Source: a virus
Reading direction: 5' to 3' (one strand)
DNA length: 64,000 nucleotides
Virus record (IMG/VR): IMGVR_UViG_3300043446_002680
Coordinates: 7,950 to 71,949 of that record
The notes under the pieces are model-generated. The model did not search any database. It had not been told where the DNA came from and saw only the letters and a program-made list of their open reading frames with translations. The translations under genes and the position numbers were made by a program. Shown piece after piece: positions 25,752-37,176 of the stretch; positions within the stretch are counted from its first letter, which is position 1; each line of letters begins with the position of its first letter.

Positions 25752-26090
25752 TTAGGCAAATGTATTGCCACTCAAACCGTTATAAACTGTCCATGTGGTG
25801 CTGCCACTTGTAGCTGCGTCGGCATCGGTTGCTAGTACGCTGGCAATAGCTGTACCACCAACATCTGTAGGAAGACCTTCTACTACAAACATTGCATTGT
25901 TGCTGGCAGGTGTGCCTACTACTGTGATTGTGCAAAACTTGCTTAGTACACGCACACATTTTTCAAAGTTGCTATTCACTGCTGAGTAGCTGGTATGAAT
26001 ACCAGTTAATGCACACAGTACAAATTTAATGTCACGTCCAATGAATTCGCCTGGAAGAGCACCACCGTTGGTTCTTGTAAATTCAGCCAT
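25752..26090 (-). CDS. Small probable virion (decoration-like) protein
   Basis: AAGGA RBS, TAAATA box, own terminator; A/T/G-rich. Confidence 0.7.
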   Translation of the reverse strand: MAEFTRTNGGALPGEFIGRDIKFVLCALTGIHTSYSAVNSNFEKCVRVLSKFCTITVVGTPASNNAMFVVEGLPTDVGGTAIASVLATDADAATSGSTTWTVYNGLSGNTFA

Positions 26091-26146
26091 TTTTTTTCCT
26101 TTCTTGTTTAATCACGCTTTCGCGTATAAGTTTATTTATGATACTG

Positions 26147-27223
26147 CTATTTTTTCTGTGCCGCAAATCCCGAAAAATGTGCAGCACCAAAATTACCTTT
26201 GCTGACCAACTTGATCATGCCCACACTAGTAGGAAACACAAAACCTTCGCCGCCGGGTCTGCCGTTAATGGTCTGTGATATACCTTTAATCTGCGACTCT
26301 AGTTGCTGAATCAGTGCTTCTTTGAGTGCGGCTATGCTTTGCCAAGCCTTGGCTAGGGCCTGATAACCCGCTGCATTAGACTGCATGTAGCCATCCGGCG
26401 CTAGTAAATTTGCTGATTGTTTGGCACTGACATTGGCCTTGAGCCATTCTGTAATATCTAAACTGGTCTGTCCTGTGGCTCTATGATTAAAATACTTCTT
26501 AATGCTTTCCTGCACCGTCTTGGGCAGTCCTGACAAAAACTGATCTATGGCCTGAGCTGCTGCACCGGACACGGTTTTCTGTGCTTGCACCACTAGACTG
26601 CCAGGCACACGTAGTGTAAATTTGATGCCCATACTAGGTGGAATCACAGTGACTTGGTCATTACCAAAAGATTTACCAGTGAATGGTGCATCTTGAAACT
26701 GATGAGCCACAATCAGTGCACGACGACCAGCGATTAATTTGCCTAGTTCTGAATTGACATCTACTGCATAGCGCACAGTAACCGGTTGAAACACATAAGC
26801 ACCGTTAACAGGCTCAAGAGGCCCCACAAACATGAGATCGCCTTTGAATACCCCCGGTGTGTTGCCAACTGCGGCTTCTAGCCCTGGCCATATGGCTGCA
26901 ATTTTTTTGTATAGGTCTGGCCTGGCTGTGCGTGATCGCTTGATTTCAGTATCATAGCGTTGCCAATCTAAAGGTGAATAAGCATGAAAAGTTTCCGGCA
27001 TGTATTTGTCGTTGATAAAAAACTTGCCACTGGTGTCTCTACCAAAGTATAAAGCTATCATGCCATCCCATTTGATACTGCCCGAGCCTGGATTCTTTGC
27101 AATTTCTTGTAATGCCGTGACATATCGCTGTGCCTGTGCAGTGCCTTGGAACACACTGTCCTCAGGATGTGGTATTCTAGGATCTTGTTCGGCTTCGGTT
27201 AAAAATTCTCGGTAGGTTTTCAT
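26147..27223 (-). CDS. Ligase-like covalent nucleotidyltransferase (DUF6267-like)
   Basis: Motif I SIKWDG, KGDLMF, EGFV, IKLV. Confidence 0.7.
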   Translation of the reverse strand: MKTYREFLTEAEQDPRIPHPEDSVFQGTAQAQRYVTALQEIAKNPGSGSIKWDGMIALYFGRDTSGKFFINDKYMPETFHAYSPLDWQRYDTEIKRSRTARPDLYKKIAAIWPGLEAAVGNTPGVFKGDLMFVGPLEPVNGAYVFQPVTVRYAVDVNSELGKLIAGRRALIVAHQFQDAPFTGKSFGNDQVTVIPPSMGIKFTLRVPGSLVVQAQKTVSGAAAQAIDQFLSGLPKTVQESIKKYFNHRATGQTSLDITEWLKANVSAKQSANLLAPDGYMQSNAAGYQALAKAWQSIAALKEALIQQLESQIKGISQTINGRPGGEGFVFPTSVGMIKLVSKGNFGAAHFSGFAAQKK

Positions 27224-28005
27224 TTAATACGATCGCTAATATCTCTGAACCAGGCTGCTGATCCAATCTGTGCTGTTTCAGGCAATTTGTACAGTCCACG
27301 TGCAGCGTCCTGACGTGCCTGTGCTAGTTTGCCTTCGCGATCTGGATCATTTTTGAGTGCTGCTAATATAGATTCTTTGCTGTCGAGATCCTGTTCTCTA
27401 GCCCCAGGACCTAGTAATATTTTGGCTACTTGCTTTCTGGTGCGCCCAACAACTTCTCCAGTATCACGATTCATTAGCTTGGCCGAAAACGCATCAAATT
27501 TAAGATTATAAAATTTAGCCAAACTACTGAGCAGCATGAAAATTTCAGATCCTTTGAAATCAGGCATATCGTACATGCCACGCAGTCCGTGTTGATGCCA
27601 AGGGGCTACAACGGCAGCTTCATGAATAACCATGACATCAACTTGGGCCAGTTTTTGGTCACCAACTTGGGCAGTATATGGTAGACCGATGTGCACATTG
27701 CGTCCACTGACCTTGCTTTCTAGTCCACGTTCTTGAAAATAGGACTTGAACATTTGTTTAGCCGCACTCACCGGATCTCGTTGCGATTCTGTATTAAAGT
27801 ACTTGATGACATCATCTGCTTCGACCATGATGTCTATGTCACCAGATTCTACCTTGTAGCCAGCACTGCCTATGTCAACCTGTACTCCACGATTAATAGC
27901 GGGTGGCAAATGACCGCGAGCAATTTTAACCACAGCAGGCACATCGTCCCGTGCCACTGGCTGGGAATTTGGTATAGCCGCGCCGCCTTCATATATATAC
28001 ATCAT
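27220..28005 (-). CDS. Pol-beta superfamily nucleotidyltransferase
   Basis: IGSAG-x5-GDIDIMV and QVDVM. Confidence 0.75.
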   Translation of the reverse strand: MMYIYEGGAAIPNSQPVARDDVPAVVKIARGHLPPAINRGVQVDIGSAGYKVESGDIDIMVEADDVIKYFNTESQRDPVSAAKQMFKSYFQERGLESKVSGRNVHIGLPYTAQVGDQKLAQVDVMVIHEAAVVAPWHQHGLRGMYDMPDFKGSEIFMLLSSLAKFYNLKFDAFSAKLMNRDTGEVVGRTRKQVAKILLGPGAREQDLDSKESILAALKNDPDREGKLAQARQDAARGLYKLPETAQIGSAAWFRDISDRIK

Positions 28006-28826
28006 TTGGTTTTGACACCTAAGATATTCAAAAAAGCATCAACTTGTGGGACACCTGTGCTACGCACTGTGTTACCACTTTGTTGTATATAAGGTGCAAG
28101 ATATGTATTCACAGCCTTGAGTTGACTTTGTCCTATAAATTGCTGAACATCAGCCAGTACCTGTGTTCTTAATTTAGTAGGTACACGAGCAGACTGCGTG
28201 GGTTGTGTTGTGGTAGTTTGAGCAGCAGTTGGAGTACCACTGGGACTGAGTGCACTATAAGCAGTTTGGTTTAATAATTCTATGTCTCCGGGTATAACTA
28301 CTTCTTTGCCCTGTGCGTCAGTCCATTTGCCTGTGCGTTTATTAAATATGTAGTTATTCCCACGTATGTTCACAGATGTGTTACGTTTGGGCGCAGCGTA
28401 GCCGGTGGGAATTTGGCTTTGTGATAAAGGCCCACGTATGCCAGTACTGTTCCCGTGTTGAGGTCCTTGCCCTGCACGAGCACTCCAATATTCTTCACTA
28501 CGAGCTCGAATGTATTTGTACATATTAGTGTAGTCTTTGGCATTTTGCAATCCCGGCGGTGGTATTTGACTCGGGCCCGGAACTTTGTCTTTAAATGCAT
28601 TATTACTCCATGTCACTAATTGCTGCTCAATCTGGTCTGAACTAGTATTAGGATTTATAGTACTAAGCACACCGGCCCAATCACTGTAAGCATCTTTAGC
28701 TACTGCATCGACATCTTTTTGAAACTTATTAGCAGCTTGTCTGGCTGTCCATCCAGCAGCAGCACCTTGAAGTGCTTGGCGAACACCGTCGAATGGTGCT
28801 TCTTTAACAATTTCATTAGTTTTCAT
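28002..28826 (-). CDS. Hypothetical, probable virion protein
   Basis: Propeptide-like MKTNEIVKE. Confidence 0.7.
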   Translation of the reverse strand: MKTNEIVKEAPFDGVRQALQGAAAGWTARQAANKFQKDVDAVAKDAYSDWAGVLSTINPNTSSDQIEQQLVTWSNNAFKDKVPGPSQIPPPGLQNAKDYTNMYKYIRARSEEYWSARAGQGPQHGNSTGIRGPLSQSQIPTGYAAPKRNTSVNIRGNNYIFNKRTGKWTDAQGKEVVIPGDIELLNQTAYSALSPSGTPTAAQTTTTQPTQSARVPTKLRTQVLADVQQFIGQSQLKAVNTYLAPYIQQSGNTVRSTGVPQVDAFLNILGVKTK

Positions 28827-29064
28827 CTTTAAGACGCCTTATTCCACGACTAAATTTAGAGGCGTCGCCACTGCGTATGCTGTTGATCAGTCTACGCTCT
28901 AGTTCGCCGGCTGTTTCATGATCATAGTTTTCCCTGATATACTGTAATAAATTTACAGCACCTGAAATCACATTAGCTGCTCGTGTCTCAACAAAATTTT
29001 CACGATCGCGATTCAGTGTCAAGGAATCTAATTCAGCTAATATACTACGAGTACGCTTTTGCAA
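28816..29064 (-). CDS. Hypothetical protein
   Basis: GGAGG RBS, TTG start, TATAAATA at 29083-29090. Confidence 0.75.
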   Translation of the reverse strand: MQKRTRSILAELDSLTLNRDRENFVETRAANVISGAVNLLQYIRENYDHETAGELERRLINSIRSGDASKFSRGIRRLKDEN

Positions 29065-29085
29065 AATTGCCTCCAGATAACTTAT

Positions 29086-30489
29086 TTATAAATTACTTGG
29101 AGAACTTTTCAGACCAGCCAACATTTGCTTGAGTTTATTGGTTTCTACACCCACTGCTCGCGGCGCTGCTCGCACTGGTTCTTCTGTGACCTGTGATGTG
29201 GTCTTAATACGATCCATAACAGAATTAGCCACACTGCGATAGCCACCTTCAGTGTTTTCTGTGGTGCCAGAATCACTAATACGCATGGTTTCTATGTTGT
29301 AGTCTAGATCAATTTTCTGACCTACACCTGTGCTACTGCGTGACTTCATACACTGTATCTGATATTTTCCACGTTCACGCATGGCTCTGCTGGTAAAAAT
29401 ACCAAACACATTATCTGCTGTGTTAATCTTACTGATACCACCTGAAATATGGCTATGGTCGAATTCGACTTCTTCTACTGCTGATCTATTCAGCTGCGAA
29501 GCTGTGACCATGAGTACACCAAGTTCCTTGGCCAAGTTACGCAGTTCTTCGCTGACATACTTGTCTTTGACAAACAAGTCGTTGGGCGAGACCTTGGCTG
29601 ACACCGGCATCAGCAGGTCCAAATAGTCTACCATGACAAAATCCACTCTATGACCAGTCTGAATTTGATATTCCTTGAGAAAACTGCGTATGTCATTGAT
29701 AGTGCTTTGTGCTGGCATGTACTTGATGCGATATGCGCCAGATTTTTTACCCACAATTTTGACCTTGAGCCCGGTATTGTCAATGTCTTTTCTGATGTCT
29801 CTGGTGCTTTGATCTGTGAGCATGGCATCTGTGCGTAGCCCAGTGAGTTCTTCACTGAGTTCCAAGGTAAGATACACACCACTGAGTCCCTGCTGTAACC
29901 AACTTAGAGCTATGTTCATCATAACCAAGCTCTTGCCTGATCCAGACCCACCGGCAAAGATATTGAGTTCGCCACGACTGAATCCACCATAGAGTATCTT
30001 GTCCAACTGTGGCCAACCTGTGCTGACTTGTCCACCAGAGTTAAAATAACGATTGATACGATCTCCGGGATTGGCCCAGTAGTCAGTGCCCATGTCTCTG
30101 GTCAAGCTGATTTGCACAGCTTCTTTGATCAGCTTTTCCACGGGATTGTACTCACCTTTTTCCAACAAGTCAGCACTTTTGAGAATAGCACGCTCTAGTT
30201 CTTGACGCCGAGTAAAACTTTCGAACTCGGTCATGAACCAGTCTAGGTGACCTTGGTCTAGCTCGGGCACAATCTTGATGTCTACACCAGCCACAGCCTG
30301 TACCTGTTCTACTTTGGGCAGTACACCATGTCGATGTGTGTGCTCGGCAATAAACTTGGCAGCTTCGCGCAGACTACGATCGAAGTTTTCTGGATTGTAG
30401 ATGTTTTGCACACGAATAAAACTCTGTGCATCAGTTAACATGATCTCTAAAAACAATCTCTGCAGATCCACTGAGTAATTTTTTTCCAT
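29086..30489 (-). CDS. DnaB/gp41-like replicative helicase
   Basis: GGSGSGKS, VDYLDL, TASQLNR. Confidence 0.93.
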   Translation of the reverse strand: MEKNYSVDLQRLFLEIMLTDAQSFIRVQNIYNPENFDRSLREAAKFIAEHTHRHGVLPKVEQVQAVAGVDIKIVPELDQGHLDWFMTEFESFTRRQELERAILKSADLLEKGEYNPVEKLIKEAVQISLTRDMGTDYWANPGDRINRYFNSGGQVSTGWPQLDKILYGGFSRGELNIFAGGSGSGKSLVMMNIALSWLQQGLSGVYLTLELSEELTGLRTDAMLTDQSTRDIRKDIDNTGLKVKIVGKKSGAYRIKYMPAQSTINDIRSFLKEYQIQTGHRVDFVMVDYLDLLMPVSAKVSPNDLFVKDKYVSEELRNLAKELGVLMVTASQLNRSAVEEVEFDHSHISGGISKINTADNVFGIFTSRAMRERGKYQIQCMKSRSSTGVGQKIDLDYNIETMRISDSGTTENTEGGYRSVANSVMDRIKTTSQVTEEPVRAAPRAVGVETNKLKQMLAGLKSSPSNL

Positions 30490-30490
30490 A

Positions 30491-31468
30491 CTAGTTATAT
30501 AGTCTCTTGCGTTTGAGTATGATCTTTAATTTGCTGGTTTGTGTTTCGGCCAAGATTGATTTTAACACAAACACAGCACCATAGCGTACCACAGCTTCGT
30601 TGACATCCTTGCAGGTTTCTTGCCATACAGGAAAGCTCACTGACCACCCATAATCCAAGGCTGCGCCGATTAATTGCTGCCCGGCACGATCTCGATCTGG
30701 TACCACTATGATTTCTTTGTTCAGCTGTTCTATGAGTTCGGCCTGTGCTTCTGAGCAGTTGTTACTGAGTATGGCCACACCATTGATACTCATGGCATCA
30801 AATGGTCCTTCGGTGACTATGACAAATTTAGCTGCGGGAAGTTGCTGATCTAAATTGTACACATAACCGGCGTCGTAGTTGCTGTGATATTTTGGACGCA
30901 CAGCAGGATCCCAAGCTCGTGCTGAGTAGCCGATTAGTTGATCCTGCCAGGTAAAAGGTATAATGATTCTACGGTTGAGATTATACTCAGCTTGACTGCT
31001 GGTCATTAGACCATAGCGTTGCCAATCAATCTTGCGTTGTTGAACATAGGCCAAGGCTGCAGGATCATGATCCAAAGGCGCAAGATTTGCAGGCATGTTG
31101 CGTGGCGTAATTACGGTAGCAGCGGGTTCTGGTTCTAGTTCGGGTATACCTTGTAGTTCTCGAACACGAACTGCTTCGATGACTAGTCTACTTATGGTGT
31201 TTTCGTCGGCGCCCAACCAAGATAAAAATCTACGAAATTTATAGCCTAGGGCCCATCCCGGTCTGTGTGATACCTTGAACTGGCAGTTAAAACAGTGATA
31301 CGACACTGTACCGTCTGTGTTGGCAATCAAGCCACCACGTGATCTACTGTCGGGATTGTGCCCGCGATGCACACAGCACACAGCATTGAAACTGATCCAA
31401 CCACTGCCAGAGTTACGGCGTCGAGCTGGTAGTAGTTGTAATACAGCATCTTGAACAGCAGTCGTCAT
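30491..31468 (-). CDS. DNA primase (gp61-like; Zn finger plus TOPRIM)
   Basis: YHCFNC, EGPFDAM, PDRD, KDVNE. Confidence 0.9.
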   Translation of the reverse strand: MTTAVQDAVLQLLPARRRNSGSGWISFNAVCCVHRGHNPDSRSRGGLIANTDGTVSYHCFNCQFKVSHRPGWALGYKFRRFLSWLGADENTISRLVIEAVRVRELQGIPELEPEPAATVITPRNMPANLAPLDHDPAALAYVQQRKIDWQRYGLMTSSQAEYNLNRRIIIPFTWQDQLIGYSARAWDPAVRPKYHSNYDAGYVYNLDQQLPAAKFVIVTEGPFDAMSINGVAILSNNCSEAQAELIEQLNKEIIVVPDRDRAGQQLIGAALDYGWSVSFPVWQETCKDVNEAVVRYGAVFVLKSILAETQTSKLKIILKRKRLYN

Positions 31469-31511
31469 CTTTAATATTATACATGATGTTGACTACAAAC
31501 ACAATCAGCAA

Positions 31512-32357
31512 CTATACCATTCTTTCCATAATTATGGTGTTCTTTTTATACCCACCGCCAATGCTGAGTGTGATTCTGTAAAATCTACGATTGGTAACGT
31601 CTTGCACATTGTAAATGGCTACGTCACCTTGCCAGGGAAAACTCCATGAAAACGGTTGTTGCCATGTAGTGTTTAAGGAATTACCATTCCAATATCTTGC
31701 CTCCCAGTTTCCGGTGTAGTCACCTTTGGCCCAGTAGATCTGTCCTGTGATGTTTACCGTTAGTGTACCTGTGGTTACTCTAAACTGTAGACTACGACTA
31801 CCACTAGGGGCTAATTGTACAGCTAGTGTGTCTAATGATAGTTCTACGCCGTCATCAATGTTAGCAGCCTTGTAACCCGGAGGCGCTGAGACTATGATAG
31901 GAGCAAATGGATTAGGAGCACCTCCTACCATACGCACACCAGCAGAAGCAGTACTAGTATTAGCAGCAGTAGCGGAAACTGGTCCAGCGTTAATGGTTGA
32001 TCCGTCTGATCGCGTAATAATTAAATTACCATTGGTTACCACCGCCGAGGTTATGCTGACACCAGCTGGTCCTGTTGCACCCGGTTCGCCGCTATCACCC
32101 TTGGGACCTTGTGGGCCGGTAGCTCCAGCCATACCTGTTGCTCCTGTACTACCCGCTGGTCCAGGTTGCCCTGCTATACCAGTAGCTCCCATTTCACCAG
32201 AGAGCCCCTGTATACCTTGCGGTCCTGTAACTATAGTGGGTTCAGGTGGAGGAGGAACTGTACCACGCCATTTGACTCCGTCAAATGTGTATTGTGTACC
32301 TTTATGTGTGGTAAACACGTCGCCATTTTCGGCATTGAGTGGTAGATTATCAAGCAT
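31512..32357 (-). CDS. Collagen-repeat tail fibre-like protein
   Basis: Gly-X-Y run. Confidence 0.8.
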   Translation of the reverse strand: MLDNLPLNAENGDVFTTHKGTQYTFDGVKWRGTVPPPPEPTIVTGPQGIQGLSGEMGATGIAGQPGPAGSTGATGMAGATGPQGPKGDSGEPGATGPAGVSITSAVVTNGNLIITRSDGSTINAGPVSATAANTSTASAGVRMVGGAPNPFAPIIVSAPPGYKAANIDDGVELSLDTLAVQLAPSGSRSLQFRVTTGTLTVNITGQIYWAKGDYTGNWEARYWNGNSLNTTWQQPFSWSFPWQGDVAIYNVQDVTNRRFYRITLSIGGGYKKNTIIMERMV

Positions 32358-32368
32358 AATTTATCCTA

Positions 32369-33685
32369 TTATGGTACAAGTAAAAGTCGTGTAAGTCCAG
32401 CTGTGATAGCGGAGGTATTAGAACCACCGTAGGGATTCGCACTAGCAGTAGTAGTCAAAGCAGATGTTGGTACTGTGAAACTACCGCTATACACTGCCCA
32501 GCCCTTGATCCAGCGAAAGTTAGTAATATAACCCACAAAAGCAGCATTAGTAGCAGGTGTGTTGGTGTTGCCTATATATAAATCACGCACAAGGTTGTTA
32601 TAATCTGTAGTATCGGTGATATTGCTGCCAAATTGTACACCATTACGATAAATTCTTGTAACACTACTGCTGCGTACTATAGCCCAATGGACCCAGGCAT
32701 TACCGTTGTTAGCTGCACCAACATTGGTAGCCGAACCGTTACGCCAATAATAAAATGTGCCACTTTCTATACTAACACCAATAGTGATAGGACTGAGACC
32801 ACCACTGTAGTCGCCTACTGTGAATACACGCTGGAATTGTGTAGTATCTGTTTGATACCCAAACCACTCTATGGTAAAATTACCTGTGCCTAAGGCCCAG
32901 TCATCGCTGGCAGGTCGCGCCAAGTAACTGTTGACATTTGATGAGAAACTGTAGCTGTTGCCACCACCTGCGAATGGTGACTGGGCTACCACTGATACAG
33001 CAGATCCGGTGATTTCATACAATCTAAACTTCATGCTCATCACATGGCTGTAACCTTGCCAGGTTCTAATAACTCGTCCGTAACCACCTAACTGTAGCGG
33101 ACTACGTGATTCACTTTGACTGGCATATTCGTAGATGGTAGGAAATGCTGTTATGACATCGGATCCACTGATTTGTGCTGTTCTTGGTGCAGCCAGTGTT
33201 CTAGCTGCTCTAAAAGGAATAATACTATGACCTACAATAAACCAAGTATTAGCCGGCACAGTCATACTAGCACCGGCCGGGTGCTGAACAAATGCACCCG
33301 AACTAGATGTTAAATTACTGGTACTGTCACTGGACAGCCCGCTATGACTGGTGCCTACCCGTTGTACATAAGGGGCTATGCCAACAGCATAATACCAACG
33401 CTTAGGGCTAGCAACTTGAGTAGAGTAAGTACCTACTGCTAGTCTATTAACACTGTCATTTGATATGATTACAGCTTGGTGTGCAAAACACAGTTGAAAA
33501 CAGCGATTCTGAATTGATCCTAAAATATCTGTTGTAGTAGAAGTATTACTTGTCCAAAAGTCAAAGTAAGTATTATCTGTCCAGGCAATGTTGGTGGTGC
33601 CGGAAATGTCAGGCACTGTTTCTGTATATGGTGTTGTTACGCCACGACGACCATAACTGAATGATTTACTAAATCCACCAAACAC
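32369..33685 (-). CDS. LamG/concanavalin A-like domain virion protein
   Basis: NFTIEWF, WVHWAIVR, GYITNFRW. Confidence 0.8.
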   Translation of the reverse strand: MFGGFSKSFSYGRRGVTTPYTETVPDISGTTNIAWTDNTYFDFWTSNTSTTTDILGSIQNRCFQLCFAHQAVIISNDSVNRLAVGTYSTQVASPKRWYYAVGIAPYVQRVGTSHSGLSSDSTSNLTSSSGAFVQHPAGASMTVPANTWFIVGHSIIPFRAARTLAAPRTAQISGSDVITAFPTIYEYASQSESRSPLQLGGYGRVIRTWQGYSHVMSMKFRLYEITGSAVSVVAQSPFAGGGNSYSFSSNVNSYLARPASDDWALGTGNFTIEWFGYQTDTTQFQRVFTVGDYSGGLSPITIGVSIESGTFYYWRNGSATNVGAANNGNAWVHWAIVRSSSVTRIYRNGVQFGSNITDTTDYNNLVRDLYIGNTNTPATNAAFVGYITNFRWIKGWAVYSGSFTVPTSALTTTASANPYGGSNTSAITAGLTRLLLVP

Positions 33686-33687
33686 GA

Positions 33688-36642
33688 TTATAGACCACCA
33701 AATGATGTCATCATACCCAGTACTGTATAAGTGCCCCCGACATTAAGTATACTAAATGTCACTGCATCTGTTCTATTAGCATTACCAGCTGGCGCACTTG
33801 CTGATCCTTGCCAAGTAATAGTTTGAGCCACTCCCCCGATCTGTACTGCTGTGACCATTCTAGCAGTGCCACTTTGAACTAGTACAAGACTAATACTAGT
33901 AGATCTACCTGCTGATAGATTTAAGTTAGTAAAGTTGGCAGTGAAGTTAGCAGACATTGAGGTATGATAAAACAGTCTGTTAGTGGTACAGTCATGTGTA
34001 ACAACACCAGTGGCTGCTGTGAGATTACCAAATGCTTCATCTAGTGCAGCACTGCCTCCGCCACCAGCTGGGTTGGAGTCAATCCAGGCTGAACCTGTGT
34101 AGATATAAGTTCTACCATCATCTGTGTCGTAATAGAGTTGACCAGTGACTGGACTTGATGGGGGTGTTGATTGTACCTGAGCAGCGGATTTCGTCCAAGC
34201 TGTGCTTTGTATGGTACTATCAGGAAAAACTATATTACCACCAGTGGTAAAATTCCAAACCTTGTTTCCTCCGCCATAGCTTAGAGCAGAAATCTTAACA
34301 TTACCACTATTCATCATGATGTTGAATGCATTATTGAAGTCAGTGGCACTGGTGTCAGTGCCTTGTATATAAATGTATCCAGTATTGCCGTTCAGGTGCG
34401 GGAAGCCCAAAGTCACTGCTTTATCGATTTCAGCCAAGGGCATTTCCATAGTAGAACGCAGGTAAGTGCCCGCAGCAGAATCTACAGTGAATAAAAACCG
34501 TTTATCTATATCAATGTCGGGTCTAAGTTGAATGGCATCACTAATACCACCGAGATAGGATCCATAGATGTTTGTCCCAACTTGAATATTGCCTGACCGT
34601 AACAAATTAGTATCTGTGCGATAGGTCAAGTCAACATCGGCTCGCATGTACTGCCCACTGGTTCTACTTTCCACAAAGGTCGGGTAGTAGGTAGTACTAA
34701 GACCATTGGTGTTGGTTACGTCAACTGTGCCGGCAGCTCCGCCACCACCACCACCGCCCGTGTAGGCAGTACTTTGTATGGTTCCATCAGGGAATGTTAT
34801 GTTGCCAGTGTTAGCAAATTGCCAACCCTGCTCACCGAAACTAATATTAAATGTTTCACCGGGTTCGAATTGAATCAAGCGGGCACCACTGAATATGGCC
34901 CAATCATTTATAGTACTACCAAAATTAATCTGGAAACCGTGATTGCCTAGTTCTAAACCACTGGTGTTGCTACCAATGCTGCCAATATCTCTAATGCGTG
35001 TGCCATTGGGCAACTCAATGTTGCCATCGGGGAGAAATCCCCATTCAGCAGGATCAACCGCCCAGTTGGACACAATGGTTACGCCACCAACATTACTCTT
35101 GATTGTTACATCAGGGCCGTTTGCCAAATCTATTTCATTATTGCCAGTGGCTTGTATGGTATAACCGCCGATGGTTAATTGATTATCGGGTGTGCGTAAG
35201 CTGCCGTCAGTACCAAATGTCCAAAATTTACTAGTGTAGAAGTTATTTCCAGTTCTTATCAATAAGGGATTAGCAACATTGCTCCAGAAGTTTATTGCGC
35301 TACCGTCATAGAAAACCTGTAACTTTCCATTTAAGGCGCGAAGTTGCCCGGGTAAGTTTAGACCGCCGGTTGGAGTCATTTCAACAGTTGATAGACCAGC
35401 TTCGCCATCTTCAAGGTTGATACGGAGGCCTTGCTCAAAACCAATGTTGATTTCGGCATTACCACTGGCACCGGCTGGTAATGTTACGTTACCAGTTCTA
35501 TCAAATCGCCAAAGTTTTGCACCGCCGGCAATGGATCCATCACCGTTAGCAAGTAGGTAAGCATCTTTCATTGACGTCAAAGCAAGATTACCCGATAGAG
35601 TTGCTACCTCTGCTTCTGATATAATTATTTGCCCTGCAGGACCAGCCGGGAATGTAACCGAAGGCTGAGATCCCATACCATTGATGATTAACTGGGCAGT
35701 ATTACTTTTGATTCTATCAGGATAGGCCGAAGTCAAGCTGGTTCCATCGGCAAAACTCACGTTGGCAAATGTCACCGAGCTTGTGGTCTTCACTGCCTGA
35801 TTTAGGTAGTCTGCAAATTGATTACCATCCCAAAGGTCAGCATCTAGACCTGTGCCTGTGCCGTCGTTGCCCGCATGCCATACAGTGTTGTTATTCATCA
35901 ACAACCCTGTGTTAGTGGGTGCCACGAAGTTAAACTTGTCGTCGGCATCATTGGTCATGGTAAATGTCATGCGAGTGGCTTCACCACCGGCTGTGGTCAA
36001 GGTAATTGTGGCTGTGTCGCCCGATCCACCAAAGGCATCTGTGGGGAATCTTATACCGCTGGTACTTACGTAGACTGTGCCTGTACTGGTTATGTTATTA
36101 AATGTTACATTGTTATTGGTATTAAGGCTTTGGTTGTAAGCACTGACACCAGCCGGACCAGTGGCACCTGTACTACCCTGTGTGCCTTGTGGGCCTGTGT
36201 TACCCTGTATGCCTTGTATACCCTGGATGCCCTGTGGGCCAACAGGTCCAACGTTACCAGTGGCACCAGTTAGGCCTATAACTCCTTGTATGCCTTGAAT
36301 GCCCTGTGGGCCAACAGGTCCAACGTTACCAGTGGCACCAGTTAGGCCTATAACTCCTTGTATGCCTTGAATGCCCTGTGGGCCAACAGGTCCAACGTTA
36401 CCAGTGGCACCAGTTAGGCCGATAACTCCTTGTGGACCGGTTGCACCTGTGGCACCCACTGCCACAGCAATATTGCCATTGAGTCCTAGTATGTGTCCAC
36501 CTTGGGTAACACCATCATGCACACGTATGGTCTTGAGTGTGGTGTCCATGGTAATTTCACCAATTGGACCTACATATGCGCTGCTGACTGTGGTGTTACC
36601 GCGTTTGAGCAGTATTTGTTTGAGTATGACGTTGCCTGACAT
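33688..36642 (-). CDS. Long tail fibre with collagen repeats
   Basis: ILLKRG...GEITMDT...[10 protein letters not shown]-terminus; Gly-X-Y; WHAGNDG..GLDAD; [10 protein letters not shown] repeats. Confidence 0.85.
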   Translation of the reverse strand: MSGNVILKQILLKRGNTTVSSAYVGPIGEITMDTTLKTIRVHDGVTQGGHILGLNGNIAVAVGATGATGPQGVIGLTGATGNVGPVGPQGIQGIQGVIGLTGATGNVGPVGPQGIQGIQGVIGLTGATGNVGPVGPQGIQGIQGIQGNTGPQGTQGSTGATGPAGVSAYNQSLNTNNNVTFNNITSTGTVYVSTSGIRFPTDAFGGSGDTATITLTTAGGEATRMTFTMTNDADDKFNFVAPTNTGLLMNNNTVWHAGNDGTGTGLDADLWDGNQFADYLNQAVKTTSSVTFANVSFADGTSLTSAYPDRIKSNTAQLIINGMGSQPSVTFPAGPAGQIIISEAEVATLSGNLALTSMKDAYLLANGDGSIAGGAKLWRFDRTGNVTLPAGASGNAEINIGFEQGLRINLEDGEAGLSTVEMTPTGGLNLPGQLRALNGKLQVFYDGSAINFWSNVANPLLIRTGNNFYTSKFWTFGTDGSLRTPDNQLTIGGYTIQATGNNEIDLANGPDVTIKSNVGGVTIVSNWAVDPAEWGFLPDGNIELPNGTRIRDIGSIGSNTSGLELGNHGFQINFGSTINDWAIFSGARLIQFEPGETFNISFGEQGWQFANTGNITFPDGTIQSTAYTGGGGGGGAAGTVDVTNTNGLSTTYYPTFVESRTSGQYMRADVDLTYRTDTNLLRSGNIQVGTNIYGSYLGGISDAIQLRPDIDIDKRFLFTVDSAAGTYLRSTMEMPLAEIDKAVTLGFPHLNGNTGYIYIQGTDTSATDFNNAFNIMMNSGNVKISALSYGGGNKVWNFTTGGNIVFPDSTIQSTAWTKSAAQVQSTPPSSPVTGQLYYDTDDGRTYIYTGSAWIDSNPAGGGGSAALDEAFGNLTAATGVVTHDCTTNRLFYHTSMSANFTANFTNLNLSAGRSTSISLVLVQSGTARMVTAVQIGGVAQTITWQGSASAPAGNANRTDAVTFSILNVGGTYTVLGMMTSFGGL
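36228..36432. repeat. 72-bp tandem repeat (about 3 copies) within the tail fibre
   Basis: Units start at 36228, 36300 and 36372; encodes [24 protein letters not shown]. Confidence 0.9.
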
Positions 36643-37154
36643 TATATGGTACCGCCGTCGATGGTGATTTCTGTGCCGGGTGTGGCCAATACCGCAGCTT
36701 CGTTATAGTAAGCAGGTTGTACCTGTAGATCCAAAGGCACACCAAAATTATCGTCTATGTACAAGGGCGTGTCTAGATTGTCTGCGGTGCGTATGGTCTT
36801 AAATGTCAACTTGTACAAGCGTTGATCCAGGCTGTTCACAGTAGCAGTGTTAATGGTAAACGATCCACGACCTATGGCAATATTGCCACCAATGTTGGCT
36901 GCAAAACTCACAGGCATGGTGTGCACAGTGACTTGTTCTGCAGGATCCTGAATTTCTGCCTGTACGCTGTAGCCAGTTAGATTCACTGGCTTCTGATCTT
37001 GGTTCTTGATTACCACTTGAATTGGGTTGTTGGTACCTTGGTACACAGTTACTGGCCTGGCATACACGACTCTATTCCTTGTAGTAAAATGTGCTGTGTC
37101 CATAATTTGAACCTGCACAATATTGGGATATAAATATGTTTGGATCGTTGTCAT
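36642..37154 (-). CDS. Ig-like/baseplate-associated structural protein
   Basis: [25 protein letters not shown] pattern. Confidence 0.7.
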   Translation of the reverse strand: MTTIQTYLYPNIVQVQIMDTAHFTTRNRVVYARPVTVYQGTNNPIQVVIKNQDQKPVNLTGYSVQAEIQDPAEQVTVHTMPVSFAANIGGNIAIGRGSFTINTATVNSLDQRLYKLTFKTIRTADNLDTPLYIDDNFGVPLDLQVQPAYYNEAAVLATPGTEITIDGGTI

Positions 37155-37176
37155 TATTTTACTATTTACCGTTAAC

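Noticed and set aside
31894-32394. 166-aa + strand ORF and similar antisense ORFs
   Set aside because: Shadows of codon-biased minus-strand genes.
36228-36432. Tandem repeat as CRISPR array
   Set aside because: In-frame collagen repeat with no spacers.
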